Shown one piece after another: positions 11,262 to 23,720 of a stretch of DNA of 64,000 nt (within the stretch, counting starts at the first letter, position 1; each line of letters starts with the position of its first letter). The stretch lies in the NCBI GenBank assembly GCA_951406725.2, contig OX597836.1, positions 30,566,001 to 30,630,000 of the forward strand, written 5' to 3'. A program made the position numbers and the translations under genes. The notes below the pieces were generated by a model. The model did not search any database. It was not told where the DNA came from and saw only the letters and a program-made list of their open reading frames with translations. The stretch is from Octopus vulgaris (lineage: Eukaryota).

Positions 11262-11500
11262 ACAGCCATCCATCTTTTCTGTCCACTATTCCCAAGAGGG
11301 TTGTGAGGGTAAATTCCTCAGACACCTCCTACACAGGGTCCTATCTGAAACAACCATCATTAGACTCTCTGGCTGGATTCCCAAGTGTGACCAACTGTGA
11401 CTGGATATTATTATCCAACCATTTGTTTTTGGTCTACCCCTACATCTCCTGCCAGTTGGCTCAGCTTGAAGAACCCATCCTGTGAGTCTTCCCTATGAGG
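11262..11500 (-). mobile_element. RTE-clade (Rex3/Expander-like) LINE 3' end
   Basis: Minus-strand translation GRLTGWVLQAEPTGRRCRGRPKT...WSHLGIQPESLMMVVSDRTLCRRCLRNLPSQP, then gatggatgg tail; a second tail copy at ~10597-10640. Confidence 0.8.
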
Positions 11501-11931
11501 TATCCAAATTTGTAAATATTTATGGTGTTAATTCCAGTATCTCAAGGCAAGAAGATGTAAGATATATGCTGTTACTTTGTTTGGTTAGAAGCAGTTTTAA
11601 GATCAACCTTTACATCCATGACCTTGGGTACATAAATAGAACACACATGCTGAGTTAGTTGGGGAATATGTTTTCTTTATTTGATCAGTATTCTAATAGT
11701 AGTTATTCCATATCAATTATGGCTTCTGGTACAGAATCCATTTATAGAAATTCTAAATTATAGAAAATCTAAAAAAATTTTATAGAAGATCTAAATTATC
11801 ATCTGAAGAAACTAGATGTCAATGTTTAGCCTCAGGTCCACCTTAATTGAGCAGACCTGTTCCAGTTGTGAACTGCACTGTCTCGTTTTCAGAAATATAG
11901 GCCCATGCTTTTCAAAGTGTCCTTCCATTAA

Positions 11932-12147
11932 CTCTTTTGATGTCAGTGTTTGACCAATACTAATCCTGCTTCTATGATACACACTTTTTGTATAAAGTGA
12001 TCTAAATTAAAATATCCCATTAAAATTCCATGTTGATTTATGTTCCAATTACCAACTTGGTAATGACCAAGATATTTTAGTAAATTCTTATTTTTTTCGA
12101 AAATTTGAAAATTAAGAGGGTGTAAGAGAAATATGGTAACAAAAAGG
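11932..12147. mobile_element. piggyBac-type MITE (family P2) inside a minus-strand family D copy
   Basis: TTAA at 11928-11931 and 12148-12151; ends ggtaacaaaaagg; related to 49569-49787 and 59065-59273. Confidence 0.75.
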
Positions 12148-12323
12148 TTAAGGCAACGGAGTGTCATAGGAGGGAAATTTCGCTATTTCTAGCTGGTCAA
12201 TCAATCACATATAGGCTCAGTCATCTGTTTGGAAACTCGTAATGGTATTCACTGACAAAAATTATTAATAAAAGATCACAAGTTTAAAACTGAGGATATC
12301 GAAGGTGGAGACATTTCATTTAA

Positions 12324-12949
12324 CCCTTTAGCATTTAAACAGGCCACATACTACCCAAATATGCCTCCCAGCTTTATGTTGAAACTGGACAGATCTGGCC
12401 TCTCACACCTACCCTATGTCATTCTAAAAATAGGCAATAACATCACTGAAATCTCAAAGCTATGAGACAATACATGATTAATTCAAAACAGTAAATAGGC
12501 GCAGGAGTGGCTGTGTGGTAAGTAGCTTGCTAACCAACCACATGGTTCCGGGTTCAGTCCCACTGCGTGGCATTTTGGGCAAGTGTCTTCTACTATAGCC
12601 TTGGGCCGACCAAAGCCTTGTGAGTGGATTCGGTAGACGGAAACTGAAAGAAGCCCGTCGTATATATGTGTATATATATATATGTATGTGTTTGTGTGTC
12701 TGTGTTTGTCCCCCTAGCATTGCTTGACAACCGATGCTGGTGTGTTTATGTCCCCGTCACTTAGCGGTTCAGCAAAAAGAGACCGATAGAATAAGTACTG
12801 GGCTCACAAAGAATAAGTCCCGGGGTCGAGTTGCTCGATTAAAGGCGGTGCTCCAGCATGGCCGCAGTCAAATGACTGAAACAAGTGAAAGAGTAAAAGA
12901 GAAAGAGAGAGTATCAATAAATAAGCAGAGTAATTTGAATGCTAAAGGG
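12324..12949. mobile_element. piggyBac-type MITE P1 interrupted by SINE A
   Basis: ttaa|ccctttagcattt ... gaatgctaaaggg|ttaa. Confidence 0.9.
12498..12913 (+). mobile_element. Young full-length tRNA-derived SINE family A (octopus OK/OR-type)
   Basis: A-box-like tggctgtgtggt and B-box-like ggttcagtccc; central (TA/TG)n; (GAGTAAAA)-type tail; near-identical to the reverse complement of 55180-55579. Confidence 0.92.
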
Positions 12950-15326
12950 TTAAAGCGCTTCTTTGGAAAGAAGAGATTTAAACTCATAGTTATAGGTCTC
13001 CTCACACAATATTTGACCTTAACTAATATTTGCAAATACTACTTACATTATTTATTCAAATATTTCAAAGCAGTAAGATGTAAAACAGACTTTTTTTTGT
13101 TGTTTTTCTTAGCCTGCCTCCTCAAAAGAAATTGCAATGGAAACAGCCACTTTTCGTGTGTTTTGTTTATATACTTAAAAAACTCCAATAGCTGTTTTAC
13201 TTTTTAGCACAACCACCCCTCCTAGCTAACTCCAATGTCTGCTATAGGATTCAGTCTGTTTAACTCATCACTCTTCTAATAACCACTTTGTCACTAGCTG
13301 CTGACCACCTATTAACACCATTTTTGTCTGGTTATCCACTTCTTTGCTTGTGCCTTCATCTTATCTTTTTCTCCTCTGCCTCACAGTTATATATTCTCAG
13401 TGTTATAAAAGAATTTTTTAAATCCCTCTCTCTCTCTCTAAAGAAGAGCTTTGCAAAAAAACTTCGTCAACCCATGGCATAGAAACTTACCCAAAATTTG
13501 CAAATGACACTTGCTTCAGTTTGATTAATTGAAAGAAAAAACATCAAGTGATCAGTATTTTGAAACCTATACAACCTATGGGGAAATTATTAACTAAAAT
13601 AGTCACAAACGTATCTTTATAGTTATGAAGTTTGCTTCACAACCATATACGTTTTTTCAAAAAACAGGTCACATAAGACATGGATCATCATCAGGTGAGC
13701 TACACTATCAAAAAAAAAAAAAAAAGAATTCAAGGTAATTTTTCATTTAGAAGGCCCTATGAGACACAGTCTGCTCATGAATGGACTATAAACTAAAGTG
13801 AGAATGGTTGTTATGTCAATTTTATGTCATAACATTTTTAACAAATATGTACTGTAAAATAAATTTTGATTATTTCTTTTTTTGCTTTGTTCAACTGTAG
13901 AAACAAGTAAGAGAAAATTTTAATTTCAAATGGCTTCTTTTTTTTTTATTATTTCTCTTTTTAAAGAAATGCTAAAAAAAAAATGTTAAATTTATATGAT
14001 CTCAAGCCAATAACATATTTTTAAGAATACAGCAAACTTGTGAGAAATACATAAATATGAGCAAAATTTAAAATTCCCAAGATGCATTTGTAATTTTTAT
14101 ATAATATATTCATGTTGTTAATTACATTTAGAGTATATTTTAGAAAATTGCATATTGTTTCTATGGTACCAATTAGATTTTTGGAAGGTTTTTTTAAAAA
14201 TATTTTTTTAAAAACAAGTATGGATAGATGCATCTTTTTAAAAATTGTTTTTCATTTGGATACCTTTTATTAGATTAACCAGTTTTCCTTTAACCCTAGA
14301 CGAGCTCTCATCAAACAAGATTTATGATGGAAAAGCATTCCAGGTATGACACTCTTGTGTTTTTTCTTTTTTTTCATGCACAGTCCACCAGGGATTACAT
14401 TATGTAATGTGTTCTTTTTGTTTATAAGATCACATTATGTAATGTTCTTTTTGTTTCTAGGGTTATGGATTGAGAGATTTGGTTGCCATTTCTAGCAAGT
14501 TGAGTGAGCTTGTAGAAAATTCCATACTAGCACAATAAAAAAAAAATCAGTCAACCATGAAGCTGATAAATACTTATTTTCGGCGAGGTAAACTTAATTT
14601 TATTGCAATATCGATATGCAAAACTAAGAATTTCACAATGTGCAACACTGTTACACTTTATGCAAATAAAACCACAATTTAATATTTAAAAGATTAGCTT
14701 TTAAAATACTGTTACACAACATTGAATAAATAAGTACTAGCTTAATCATTCATTAAACTATTGATAATGCATAATATGTTCACTAGGATGTAATGTACAA
14801 TCTGTAGTACATAATGTATTCTAAACCCATATGATACCAGCCAAAATGGTGAATTGGCAGTTATTAGAGTGAAGGACTAAATTATTTTTAATATTTCTGA
14901 AAAAAAGCATGGATGGGTTCAAACAAAAAATGGTTTTTCAAAAACTGATTTCATCTGGATGCTCTTTAACACTAATCAGCTGCCGTGGTCATAATATGAG
15001 AGAGTATTTATTCCAGCTCAACGTAACCCTAGTGTAAAATGTGTTGAGGTCGATTTTGCCTTCCATTAATTCAGGATCAATAAAGTACCAGTCTACAGTA
15101 TCAGATAAGATGCTTTACAATATTTGTTCTAGCTCTGTTTTAAGGATTTTAGCAAATGCTTATTTACATTGTTTTGAATCAATCGTGGCTTTTCTCATAG
15201 CTTTGAGATCTTGATGAGGTGATTATTTTTAAAATGACATTGTAAAGGTGTGAAAGGCCAGATCTAGCTGGTTTTCACAGTTTAAATTCTAAAGGGTTAA
15301 TACATCACCCAGTTTAACGCCACTAC

Positions 15327-15413
15327 CTGATCCTTGAGTGCCTTTAGCAGTTCACCTTGTTGCAAGCATCCTGATAAGGTCTCCAAACTCGAGGATAATT
15401 TCCTTTCTTCCTC
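15327..15413 (-). other. Candidate 87-nt phase-0 coding exon (EEERKLSSSLETLSGCLQQGELLKALKDQ); unproven
   Basis: tag|...CAG|gtagtg boundaries, open frame, non-repeat and GC-richer than flanks; no recognised homology. Confidence 0.25.
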
Positions 15414-16174
15414 CTACCAGTTATAAATGTCCTTGAAATATAAAGGCAATGGACACTGCCCTTTTCTCTCCAACTAAATGGTAAAAGAAAAAAATCATGT
15501 TTGGATTTCACCTCTCTGTCTCTAATACAAACTTCTCATTTTAAATCTTTTACCGTGGAAATCAGATATATCCACTCAAAATTTCATTACCATCAACTGT
15601 GGAAGGCAGTTTTTTTTTACCCAAATTTATCTTTTGTTGAGGAATGTCATGTTTGAAATATTTTTTTGTAGAGATATGTCAAGTTTATTGAGGCAACAAG
15701 ACTTGCAGGAAAAAAACCCAACTATTTTTGGTAAACATTTAACATCATTACCAGAATAATCATAAAATTTTATTTTGCAGTCAAAAGGTTAAAGTATTCT
15801 TATTTCAATATAAAACTTCTATCATAATTCTATGTAAGAACCTTAAATATTATGTTCCAAACACATGATATGGAAATACATGTAAAAGTTAGTTATTACA
15901 CTAAATGCAACCAAATTCTTGGTTATTTTCAAAGCTTACAGATATACATAGGCAATATACTTCTGCAGATAAGAGTTAACCATATTTACATGCTTCTAAC
16001 ACCAAATTTTCAATGCTTCATTTCACCAGCTGAGAACTTACTATTTTGAGCTCGTTAGCACTCCCCACCACCACCCCATCAGGATCCACGCTAACAATCA
16101 CTTGTTTTACCACAGTACATTATAATTAATACACAATTTAAGATTTAATTGTAAAGAATTTTATGTAAATGATG

Positions 16175-16662
16175 TCAAGCCAAATGAAATCATAGCTGAT
16201 GTTGGTGTCACTTAACTGGCACCCATGCTGGTGGCACATTAAAAGCACCTTTCAAGCGTTGGGCCTAACAGAGTCAAGATGGCCAATGTCAGTGGCATAT
16301 CAAAAGCACCTCTCAAGTGTAGGGCTTCATGGAGGCAATGATGAATGACCAAGACCTTTGGTATTATGTCGTGCTTAAGAAGAAGACCCATCAAGCCAAG
16401 TAAAATCACAACTTCACAACTGTGATTTTACTTTGCTTGATACTCATGCAAATGGCACTTATGCCAGTGGTGTCACGCAAATGGTACTTATGCCAGTGGC
16501 ACATAAAAGCACTCATTACACTCTCAGAGTGGTTAGCATTAGGAAGGGCATCCAGCCATAGAAACCACACCACATCAGACTGGAGTCTGGTGCAGCCCTC
16601 CAGCTTGCCAGCTCTGGTCCAATGGATGTTAGCCTGGACAATGGATCTTAAATGATGATGAT
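16175..16662 (+). mobile_element. Long family C copy with internal sub-repeats
   Basis: Repeated gtggcaca..aaaagcac motifs, then gagtggttagcattaggaagggcatccagcc...gatgatgatga. Confidence 0.75.
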
Positions 16663-16921
16663 GAGACTTTATAAACCACAATTTGAAGCAAAAAAGAGAA
16701 ACAGGCCCACTGACATAAACTGAACCATGCATCTAATGCTTCCAAGGCAACAACATATTACCAGGTACACTACAGTATGCTTGCTATTCCATATTCTTTG
16801 CCCCTGTATCAGTTTTTATTCAAATTTATTACTCTCCAAAGATTGTTTATTTCAACTGTACCAGTATTGTTAGATTTTAGCCCTAGGTCAACCCTGATTG
16901 AGCAGCCTTATGACCAAAAGG

Positions 16922-17300
16922 TTGGAGAGGGAAAACTGACATATAACCTCCGCAGCCTTGAAGTTACATTCAGCTATTGTATAGACTACGGGAATTAACC
17001 TGAAGCAGTCAATGAAAAGGACCTTACCAGCCTATTGGCCAGCAATTCCTGCAGCCAGAAAGGCCACCATTCATAACTATCTCCATGCTAGTGGACCCTG
17101 ACGGATAAGGTCAACAGAATGTCTCTATGCCAAGGCTTTCCCACTGTAACATTTTCATGCACAGGTCATTGCATTGTTCATCTGTATCCCCTTTATCTGT
17201 GCATCTGACTTCAGCCTAATGAAGTCACATGAATATCCACACATGATGACCATACAACACAATTGTCTTTCTCAAACTCGAGAGACTACCAGGAAGAAGA
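16922..17300 (+). mobile_element. RTE(-BovB-like) LINE 3' end inserted into a family D copy
   Basis: C-terminal ICASDFSLMKSH..H motif and gaagaag tail; TSD-like atgaccaaaaggt / atgctcaaaaggt; host D sequence resumes after 17300. Confidence 0.55.
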
Positions 17301-19449
17301 ATGCTCAAAAGGTGTTCCAGCCCATGGTTATGCCATCATTTATTCAGAAAGTATGTGATCATATATCTAAATGTCTAGACTATATATATATATATATATA
17401 TCAAACATATATGTCTAGAACATGTTTTTTTTACGTATGTATGTGTGTGTATATATATATATATATATGCATGCATGTAGAAGCAACATATGTTTATCTA
17501 ACTAAAACATGCCTATATCTAAAACATCTAAAACATGCTTATTTTTAGTCATTTGCAAATATCACACTAAAATCAGAAAAACTACACATTTTTTTCCCAC
17601 AATTTAAAGTGGACTCCATTTTAATAGCCAAGATAAAAGTACGATGAGAAGAGCTTTTACAAACAATAGCAACAGCAATTATATTAATGATAGAAAAAAA
17701 AAAAGAAAAAAATAGAACTATCAACTGCATAGCACTTCAACTGAAGATTTTTTTTTTTTTTTTACAGAATATTAAATAACTACAATCATTTAAATTGAGA
17801 AGTTACATTTCATATTCTGAAGTAATACAGACTAACTTGTAACATATCAAGAAATAGGATTTTCTATAAAAGGAAAAAGCATAGTTCTTTCAACTAGCAA
17901 TTTTATCAATATTTATCCAAAATATTCATACAATCTGAAAGCCTAAATTATACAGAATTATTTCTACTTTTTTTACATAAAAAGTTAATAAAATTTTAAT
18001 TGACGCATGAGACAATACAATAATCATAAAAGTTTAAACCATAAAATTCAATTGAATAAAAACTAAAAACACATCAATTAAGCCAACCAAGCACACAATA
18101 TACAATGGCAGTTTTATAAAAGGAACCTTAAAGAGATCAATACCACTTTTATTGGATACTCCAATGGCCTTTGGTTTTGTACATTATACTATTTATTTTC
18201 TGCTATTTTTCTTCTTCTTTATGATCATTAATCCTCCAATAATATTTTTCAGGAATTCAGACAGCTTGAGGTAACACAGCTCTTAATTTTCTATTGATCT
18301 TTCACTAACCTTTTGTGTTCAGAAGCCAAACACAAAACACAAAAAAATATAATAATGAATAAATAAATCAGAGAAAATTTATCGATATGAAATTTACAGA
18401 TGCCCTACCGAGAAATATGTATCAAAAAATAGATATATAAAATAAAAAGCAAACAGAAAAGAGAAAAATCTCAGAATTTTCCAGAACATAGCATAAAATT
18501 CCAACACAGCTCTTTTCAGTTTATACTAATGACTATTGTAGTCAAATACACTATGCTAGCTTCTTGTTCATCTAACTAAACATGAAGTATATTCATGGCT
18601 CCAGAAGTTTCCAGAAAGAACTGCCTAGATACATATAATTATCTCAATAAAGAGATATGTTAAAATGAGATCCATTTAAACTGGAAAAGATACAAAGCAT
18701 ATTAAATCAATCAACAAGGAATTTTTGCATAAAATACAATAACATATAAAAATTAATATATTTTATTCAAAATTCTTTGTATACATATACATGTGGAGAG
18801 AGAGAGAGAGAAAGATGTGTGTATGTGGTCAGGCAACTAAAAAGTCCACTTTGCAACCATGTGATTCCAGGCTCAATTCCAATTCATACCACCTTTGCAA
18901 ATATCTTCTATCATAGCTTCAAGTCAGACAATACTCTTCAGAGTAAAACTTGACAGATGGGAACTGTGCAGAGCTAATATCATACAGTAGGAGCGGGGAC
19001 AATATGGGCTTCTGTATATGTCTGCACAACCTGCTAAAAGTTGTAGACAAATCACCCTCAAAGTCAAGCTTCCTTTCTTAAAAAGAAAAAAAAAAGGACT
19101 ATATGGAGAATAATGTAAACCCATATAATATAGTGTTTCTGAAAAGAATGACAATAAATGGTTCTAGCTAGATCAACAGGTCTGATCGGGAATGACATAG
19201 AATTAAGCAAAAACAACACAATAAGCACTCCTATTTATCACATTTCAATATTAATGTTGCAAAAACACAACTTTCATCAATGACATTGATGCAATATAGT
19301 GGTGGCGCCATGAAAAGAAAGCACCCAGTATAATCTCTGAAGTGGTTGGTGTTAGGAGACACATCCAACAGTAGAAACTATGCCAAAGTAGACACTGGAG
19401 CTTGGCACAGTCCTCTAGCTCATAAATGAATCTACTGCTAAACATGCAC

Positions 19450-19672
19450 CTGTAAGCAGAAATTTAGAGAAGAGCACAGGTGAGCAGGGTGACTCAGGCT
19501 CTATGGGGGTCCTTAATCACCCCTAGGTGGCACCCCTCTCTCACTGGGGAATTTTGTTATAACTTCACTGTTAATTGTTTACATGTATTTAGTGTAAATC
19601 TCCACTGTCCTTTGTTTTGTGTCATCCTTTTATTTTGTGCATGGCCCTTGTGGGCAATAAAGAAAGAAAAAA
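19450..19672 (+). mobile_element. Probable LINE 3' UTR fragment sharing its tail with young SINE B
   Basis: Ends ccttgtgggcaataaagaaa, versus SINE B ccttgtgggtaataaagaaa (20399-20418). Confidence 0.5.
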
Positions 19673-19959
19673 ATATTAAGTCTTCCCCTCCTTTGGCTCC
19701 TTTGATTCATGATAGAGCAGAAAACTCTTCTGGCAGAGTTTATTAGCTATGACTTGAATTAAACAACTTACTACATTCTAAAGCATTAACATAGATAAGA
19801 ATTCTGATCAATAATTAATTATTTAAACTATGTTTTACAAAATCACATGTTAAACATAAATGTGTACATAGGTGCAGGCATGGCTGTGTGGTAAGAAGTT
19901 TGCTTCCCAACCACATGGTTCTGGGTTCAGTCCCACTGATTGGCACCAGCTTCATTCCT

Positions 19960-20630
19960 TTCTAGTCTTTGTGTGTCCTCTACATTCAGAGCCCACATTT
20001 CACTATCATGTAGCATTGCTTTTCATACATAAGTATCATGCCTTTCACAGAGAGAGAGAGAGAGAGTGGGGAGACCTTTTGTTACTAACATAGGTAATAG
20101 CCCTCTGAACTTTCTCCATCCTGTTCTTATTCCAACAACTATACTTTCAGAACATCCTCCTCCATGGCTAATTAGGTCACCTAATTGAAGGCAGCGAGCT
20201 GGCAGAAATGTTAGCACGCCGGGCAAAATGCTTAGCGGTATTTCGTCTACGGTTGCGTTGAGAGTTCAAATTCCGCCGAGGTCGACTTTGCCTTTCATCC
20301 TTTCGGGGTCGATGAATTAAGTACCAGTTACGCACTGGGGTCGATGTAATCGACTTAATACCTATGTCTGTCCTTGTTTGTTCCCTCTATGTTTAGCCCC
20401 TTGTGGGTAATAAAGAAATAGGTCACCTAAGTAACAAAAACTATGTAGTATCACTAGGAAACTTCCTAACCATTTGAGAACATTTTATTTCCCATGTATT
20501 CTCAGTATTTATTGCTCCTGCACGTCTGCCACAAACTAAGTTTACTTTCTCTGTTAATCTTCCTGCAACCTCATTGCATCTCTGTGTCCATAGATTGCAC
20601 CAAGTACACTGTATGGAATTTCTACCTACA
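19960..20630 (-). mobile_element. RTE LINE reverse-transcriptase fragment with PHD-like finger, split by SINE B
   Basis: VGRNSIQCTWCNLWTQRC...LVCGR and LGDLISHGGGCSESIVVGIRTGWRKFRGLLPML in ORFs 20441..20758 and 20023..20226. Confidence 0.85.
20185..20418 (+). mobile_element. Young SINE family B with 12-bp TSD
   Basis: TSD taggtcacctaa at 20173-20184 and 20419-20430; intact CpGs; central gcctttcatcctttcggggtcgat..aagtaccag resembles the Nin/Deu-type SINE domain (from memory). Confidence 0.95.
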
Positions 20631-20631
20631 T

Positions 20632-20921
20632 CGAATCGTGGCCGAAGCCAGTGCCGCCTCGACTGGCTTCCGTGCAGGTGGCACGTAAAATGCACCAATC
20701 CAACCGTGGCCGATGCCAGCCTCGCCTGGCACCAGTGCAGGTGGCACGTAAAAAGCACCCACTACACTCACGGAGTGGTTGGCGTTAGGAAGGGCATCCA
20801 GCTGTAGAAACATTGCCAGATAAGACCGGAGCCTGGTGCAGCCTTCTGGCTTCCCAGATCCCCGATCGAACCGTCCAACCCATGCTAGCATGGAGAACGG
20901 ACGTTAAACGATGATGATGAT
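20632..20921 (+). mobile_element. Young family C retroposon with (GAT)n tail
   Basis: CpG-rich; ggtggcacgtaaaa.gcacc occurs twice; ends ggacgttaaacgatgatgatga. Confidence 0.9.
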
Positions 20922-21169
20922 CCAGTACACTGTAAAGTGGTTGGCACTATTTAAAAAGAAGATGCATTAGATAATGATACACAGTTCAAGACATACATGT
21001 CAGAATAAATGGCAGGATGATATTCACAGCTAGAATGCCTTTGATTAGAGCTTCACTCAGAGTTGATTGGGGTTAAATAACTATGTTTTACTAAATCACT
21101 GCAAAATTTTGATTATATTGAAAATAAACTGAAACAGATAGGTAGTCTACACATTAGAAACAGAACAGC

Positions 21170-21545
21170 TTTTATCTTTTAGCTGTTTTAGTCGTTGAAT
21201 TGTTGTCATGCTGGAGCACCACCTTGGAGGGTTTGGTCAAACAAATTGACTCCAGTACTTTTTTTTTCAAGCCTGGTACTTATTCTTTCGGCCTCTTTTT
21301 GCTAAACTGTTAAGTTACAGGGATGTAAACAAACTAATACTAATTGTCAAGCAGTGGTGGGTGTGGGACAAGCACACACACACACACACACACGATGGGC
21401 GTTCAGTTTCTATTAACCAAATTAATCAAAAGGCTTTGGTTGCCCAGGGGCTATAATAGAAGACACTTGCCCAAGGTGCTACACACTAAGACTGAATCCA
21501 GAACCATTTTGTTGGGAAGCAAAATTCTTACCACGCAGTCATGCT
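21170..21545 (-). mobile_element. SINE family A
   Basis: Reverse complement of family A, including head (ttgggaagcaaaattcttaccacgcagtcatgc). Confidence 0.85.
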
Positions 21546-22318
21546 TGTACCTTTATCACACTGCCATGCCTCTGATGATGATTGTAAAATAAATCACTTG
21601 AAACAATCTATTTGAAAGACAAGGTTATAAGTTTCAGATATTTAAATTATTTCACCAGTAATATTCTAGGATCAATTCTATTAACTGAACTTCTTCCTCA
21701 GCTACATAAAATGTAAAGAAATCAATAAAATTCTTTAAGAGATAATAATTATTTTCTTATAAAAAAGGAATTAATCTTCACAAAATCAAATTATTTCTGA
21801 CAAAAATTAATTGTTTCTTCATTTTAATGCATAAATTATGGATTTTTTTTATTTTCAATTTTTTTAGTCATGTTATTTTAAAACTATTTTACACCATCAT
21901 CAATTTATATCTTTAGTATAATAAAGTACCATTGTCTGACGCTTGGCTAAATATTAAATATATAGACTCTGCATAGTAAAGAAAGAATGGAAGAATTATA
22001 TGTGTTCACCACCTTCCTAAATTTGGCATCTTTCACCTATATTACGCAAGTAAAAATAGAAAAGAAAATAATGCAACATTATATGCACAATTTGTGTGTT
22101 ATTGAATCACTTCAGTGTTTTCAGCTGAAAATTGAAATTTAGTGAAAGAACAGCAATTTAATATTCTGTACCCAACCCAGAAAATTTATTTACCCTCCTT
22201 CATGTTTGAAGAACTAAATGCTTTGCACTATTGTAACCAATGAGACTTGGGGTTGAAATGCTCTCCTTAAATCCTACTACTACTACTACTACTACAATTA
22301 TTAGGAAAATTAATAATT

Positions 22319-22459
22319 AGGTGTGGCTATGTGGTAAGAAGCTTACTTCCCAAACTCATGGCTCAGGGTTCAGTCCCACTGTATGCCACATTGGGCAGGC
22401 ATCTTCTGCTATAGTCTTGGGCAGACCAAAACCTTTTAAGTGAATTTGGTAGGCAGAAA

Positions 22460-22495
<36 letters not shown>

Positions 22496-23720
22496 TGAGT
22501 GTGTCTCCTAGTTTTGATATCACATGATAGTTATAAAATGATTTTCATTGTCATACAAGAGTGTTGTTCATTTCCAATATTCTGGCCATGGGGAAATATT
22601 GCCTTGCTTGGAAAAAGGTGATGGTTGGTGACAGGAAGAGCATCCATCCATATAAAATCTCATTCAAACTCCAATGGAACCATACAAACAGGGAAAGTGC
22701 CTGTACATTAAACTTATGATTATAACATCATCATCATTGTCGTTTAGCGTCCGCTTTCCATGCTAGCATGGGTTGGACGGTTCAACTGGGGTCTTGGAAG
22801 CCAGAAGGCTGCACCAGGCTCAGTCTGATCTGGCAATGTTTCTATGGCTGGATGCCCTTCCTAACGCCAACCACTCCGTGAGTGTAGTGGGTGTTTCTTA
22901 CGTGCCAGACGAGGCTGGCAAATGGCCACGATCGGATTGTGCTTTTTATGTGCCACTGGCACGGGGGCCAGGCAAGGCTGGCAACGGCCACGAACGAATG
23001 AAAGAGACCTCGATATTATGTATGTATATATAAAATACTTTTTTCTTCCTTTTACTTGTTTCAGTCATTTGACTGTAGCCATGCTGGAGCACCACATTTA
23101 GTCTAACAAATCAACCCCCGGACTTATTCTTTGTAAGCCTAGTGCTTATTTTACCGGTCTGTTGTTGAACCACTAAGTTATAGGGACATAAACACACCAA
23201 CATTGGTTTTCAAGCGATGGTAGGGGGACAAACAGACATATATACCATCATCATCATCGTTTAATGTCCGTTCTCCATACTAGCATGGGTTGGATGGTTC
23301 GACCGGGGATCTGAGGCTCCAGTCTGATCTGGCAGTGTTTCTACAGCTGGATGCCCTTCCTAACGCCAACCACTTCGTGAGTGTAGTGCGTGCTTTTTAC
23401 ATGCCAGGCGAGGCTGGCAACGGCCATGATCGGATTGGTGCTTTTTACGTGCCACCGGCACGGAAGCCAGTCAAAGCGGCGCTGGCATCGGCCACATTCG
23501 ATATATATATATGCATGTATGTGTGTGTATATGTTTCTCCCCTCCAACATCGCCTGACAACTGATGGTGTGTTTACATCCCCATAACTTAGCAGTTCGGC
23601 AAAAGAGACCGATAGAATAAGTACTAGACTTACAAAGAATAAATCTTGGGGTCGGTTTGCTCAACTAAAGGCAGTGCTCCAGCATAGCTACAGTCAAATG
23701 ACTGATATAAATTAAAAGTA
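22319..23720. mobile_element. Retroposon pile-up: A/C chimera (+, 22319-22712), C (-, 22727-22997), A 3' half (-, 23045-23240), C (-, 23246-23500), A 3' half (+, 23510-23720)
   Basis: Direct matches to the intact family A and family C copies. Confidence 0.85.

Noticed and set aside
10530-11325. Paralogous peptides LEIVGREDRWL / LGIVDRKDGWL suggesting duplicated exons
   Set aside because: Both are the non-coding 3' tail of the Rex3-like RTE element.
12498-12575. tRNA gene
   Set aside because: A/B-box-like motifs are SINE heads continuing into SINE bodies; no complete cloverleaf seen.
12478-13207. Repeated 'protein family' MLGGQTQTHKH.../KETDRISTGLTKNKSRGR (also 55102-55587)
   Set aside because: These are chance ORFs in near-identical SINE A copies.
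13491-13575. 85-nt minus-strand exon candidate (LYRFQNTDHLMFFLSINQTEASVICKFW) with good splice sites
   Set aside because: No recognisable homology, intron-like composition, and such site pairs are expected by chance; similar non-triplet candidates (15940-15962, 38 nt near 26510-26545) were also set aside.
13800-18800. Repeat-poor AT-rich tracts resembling a minus-strand 3' UTR with AATAAA signals
   Set aside because: AATAAA is ubiquitous at this AT content and no upstream terminal coding exon could be established.
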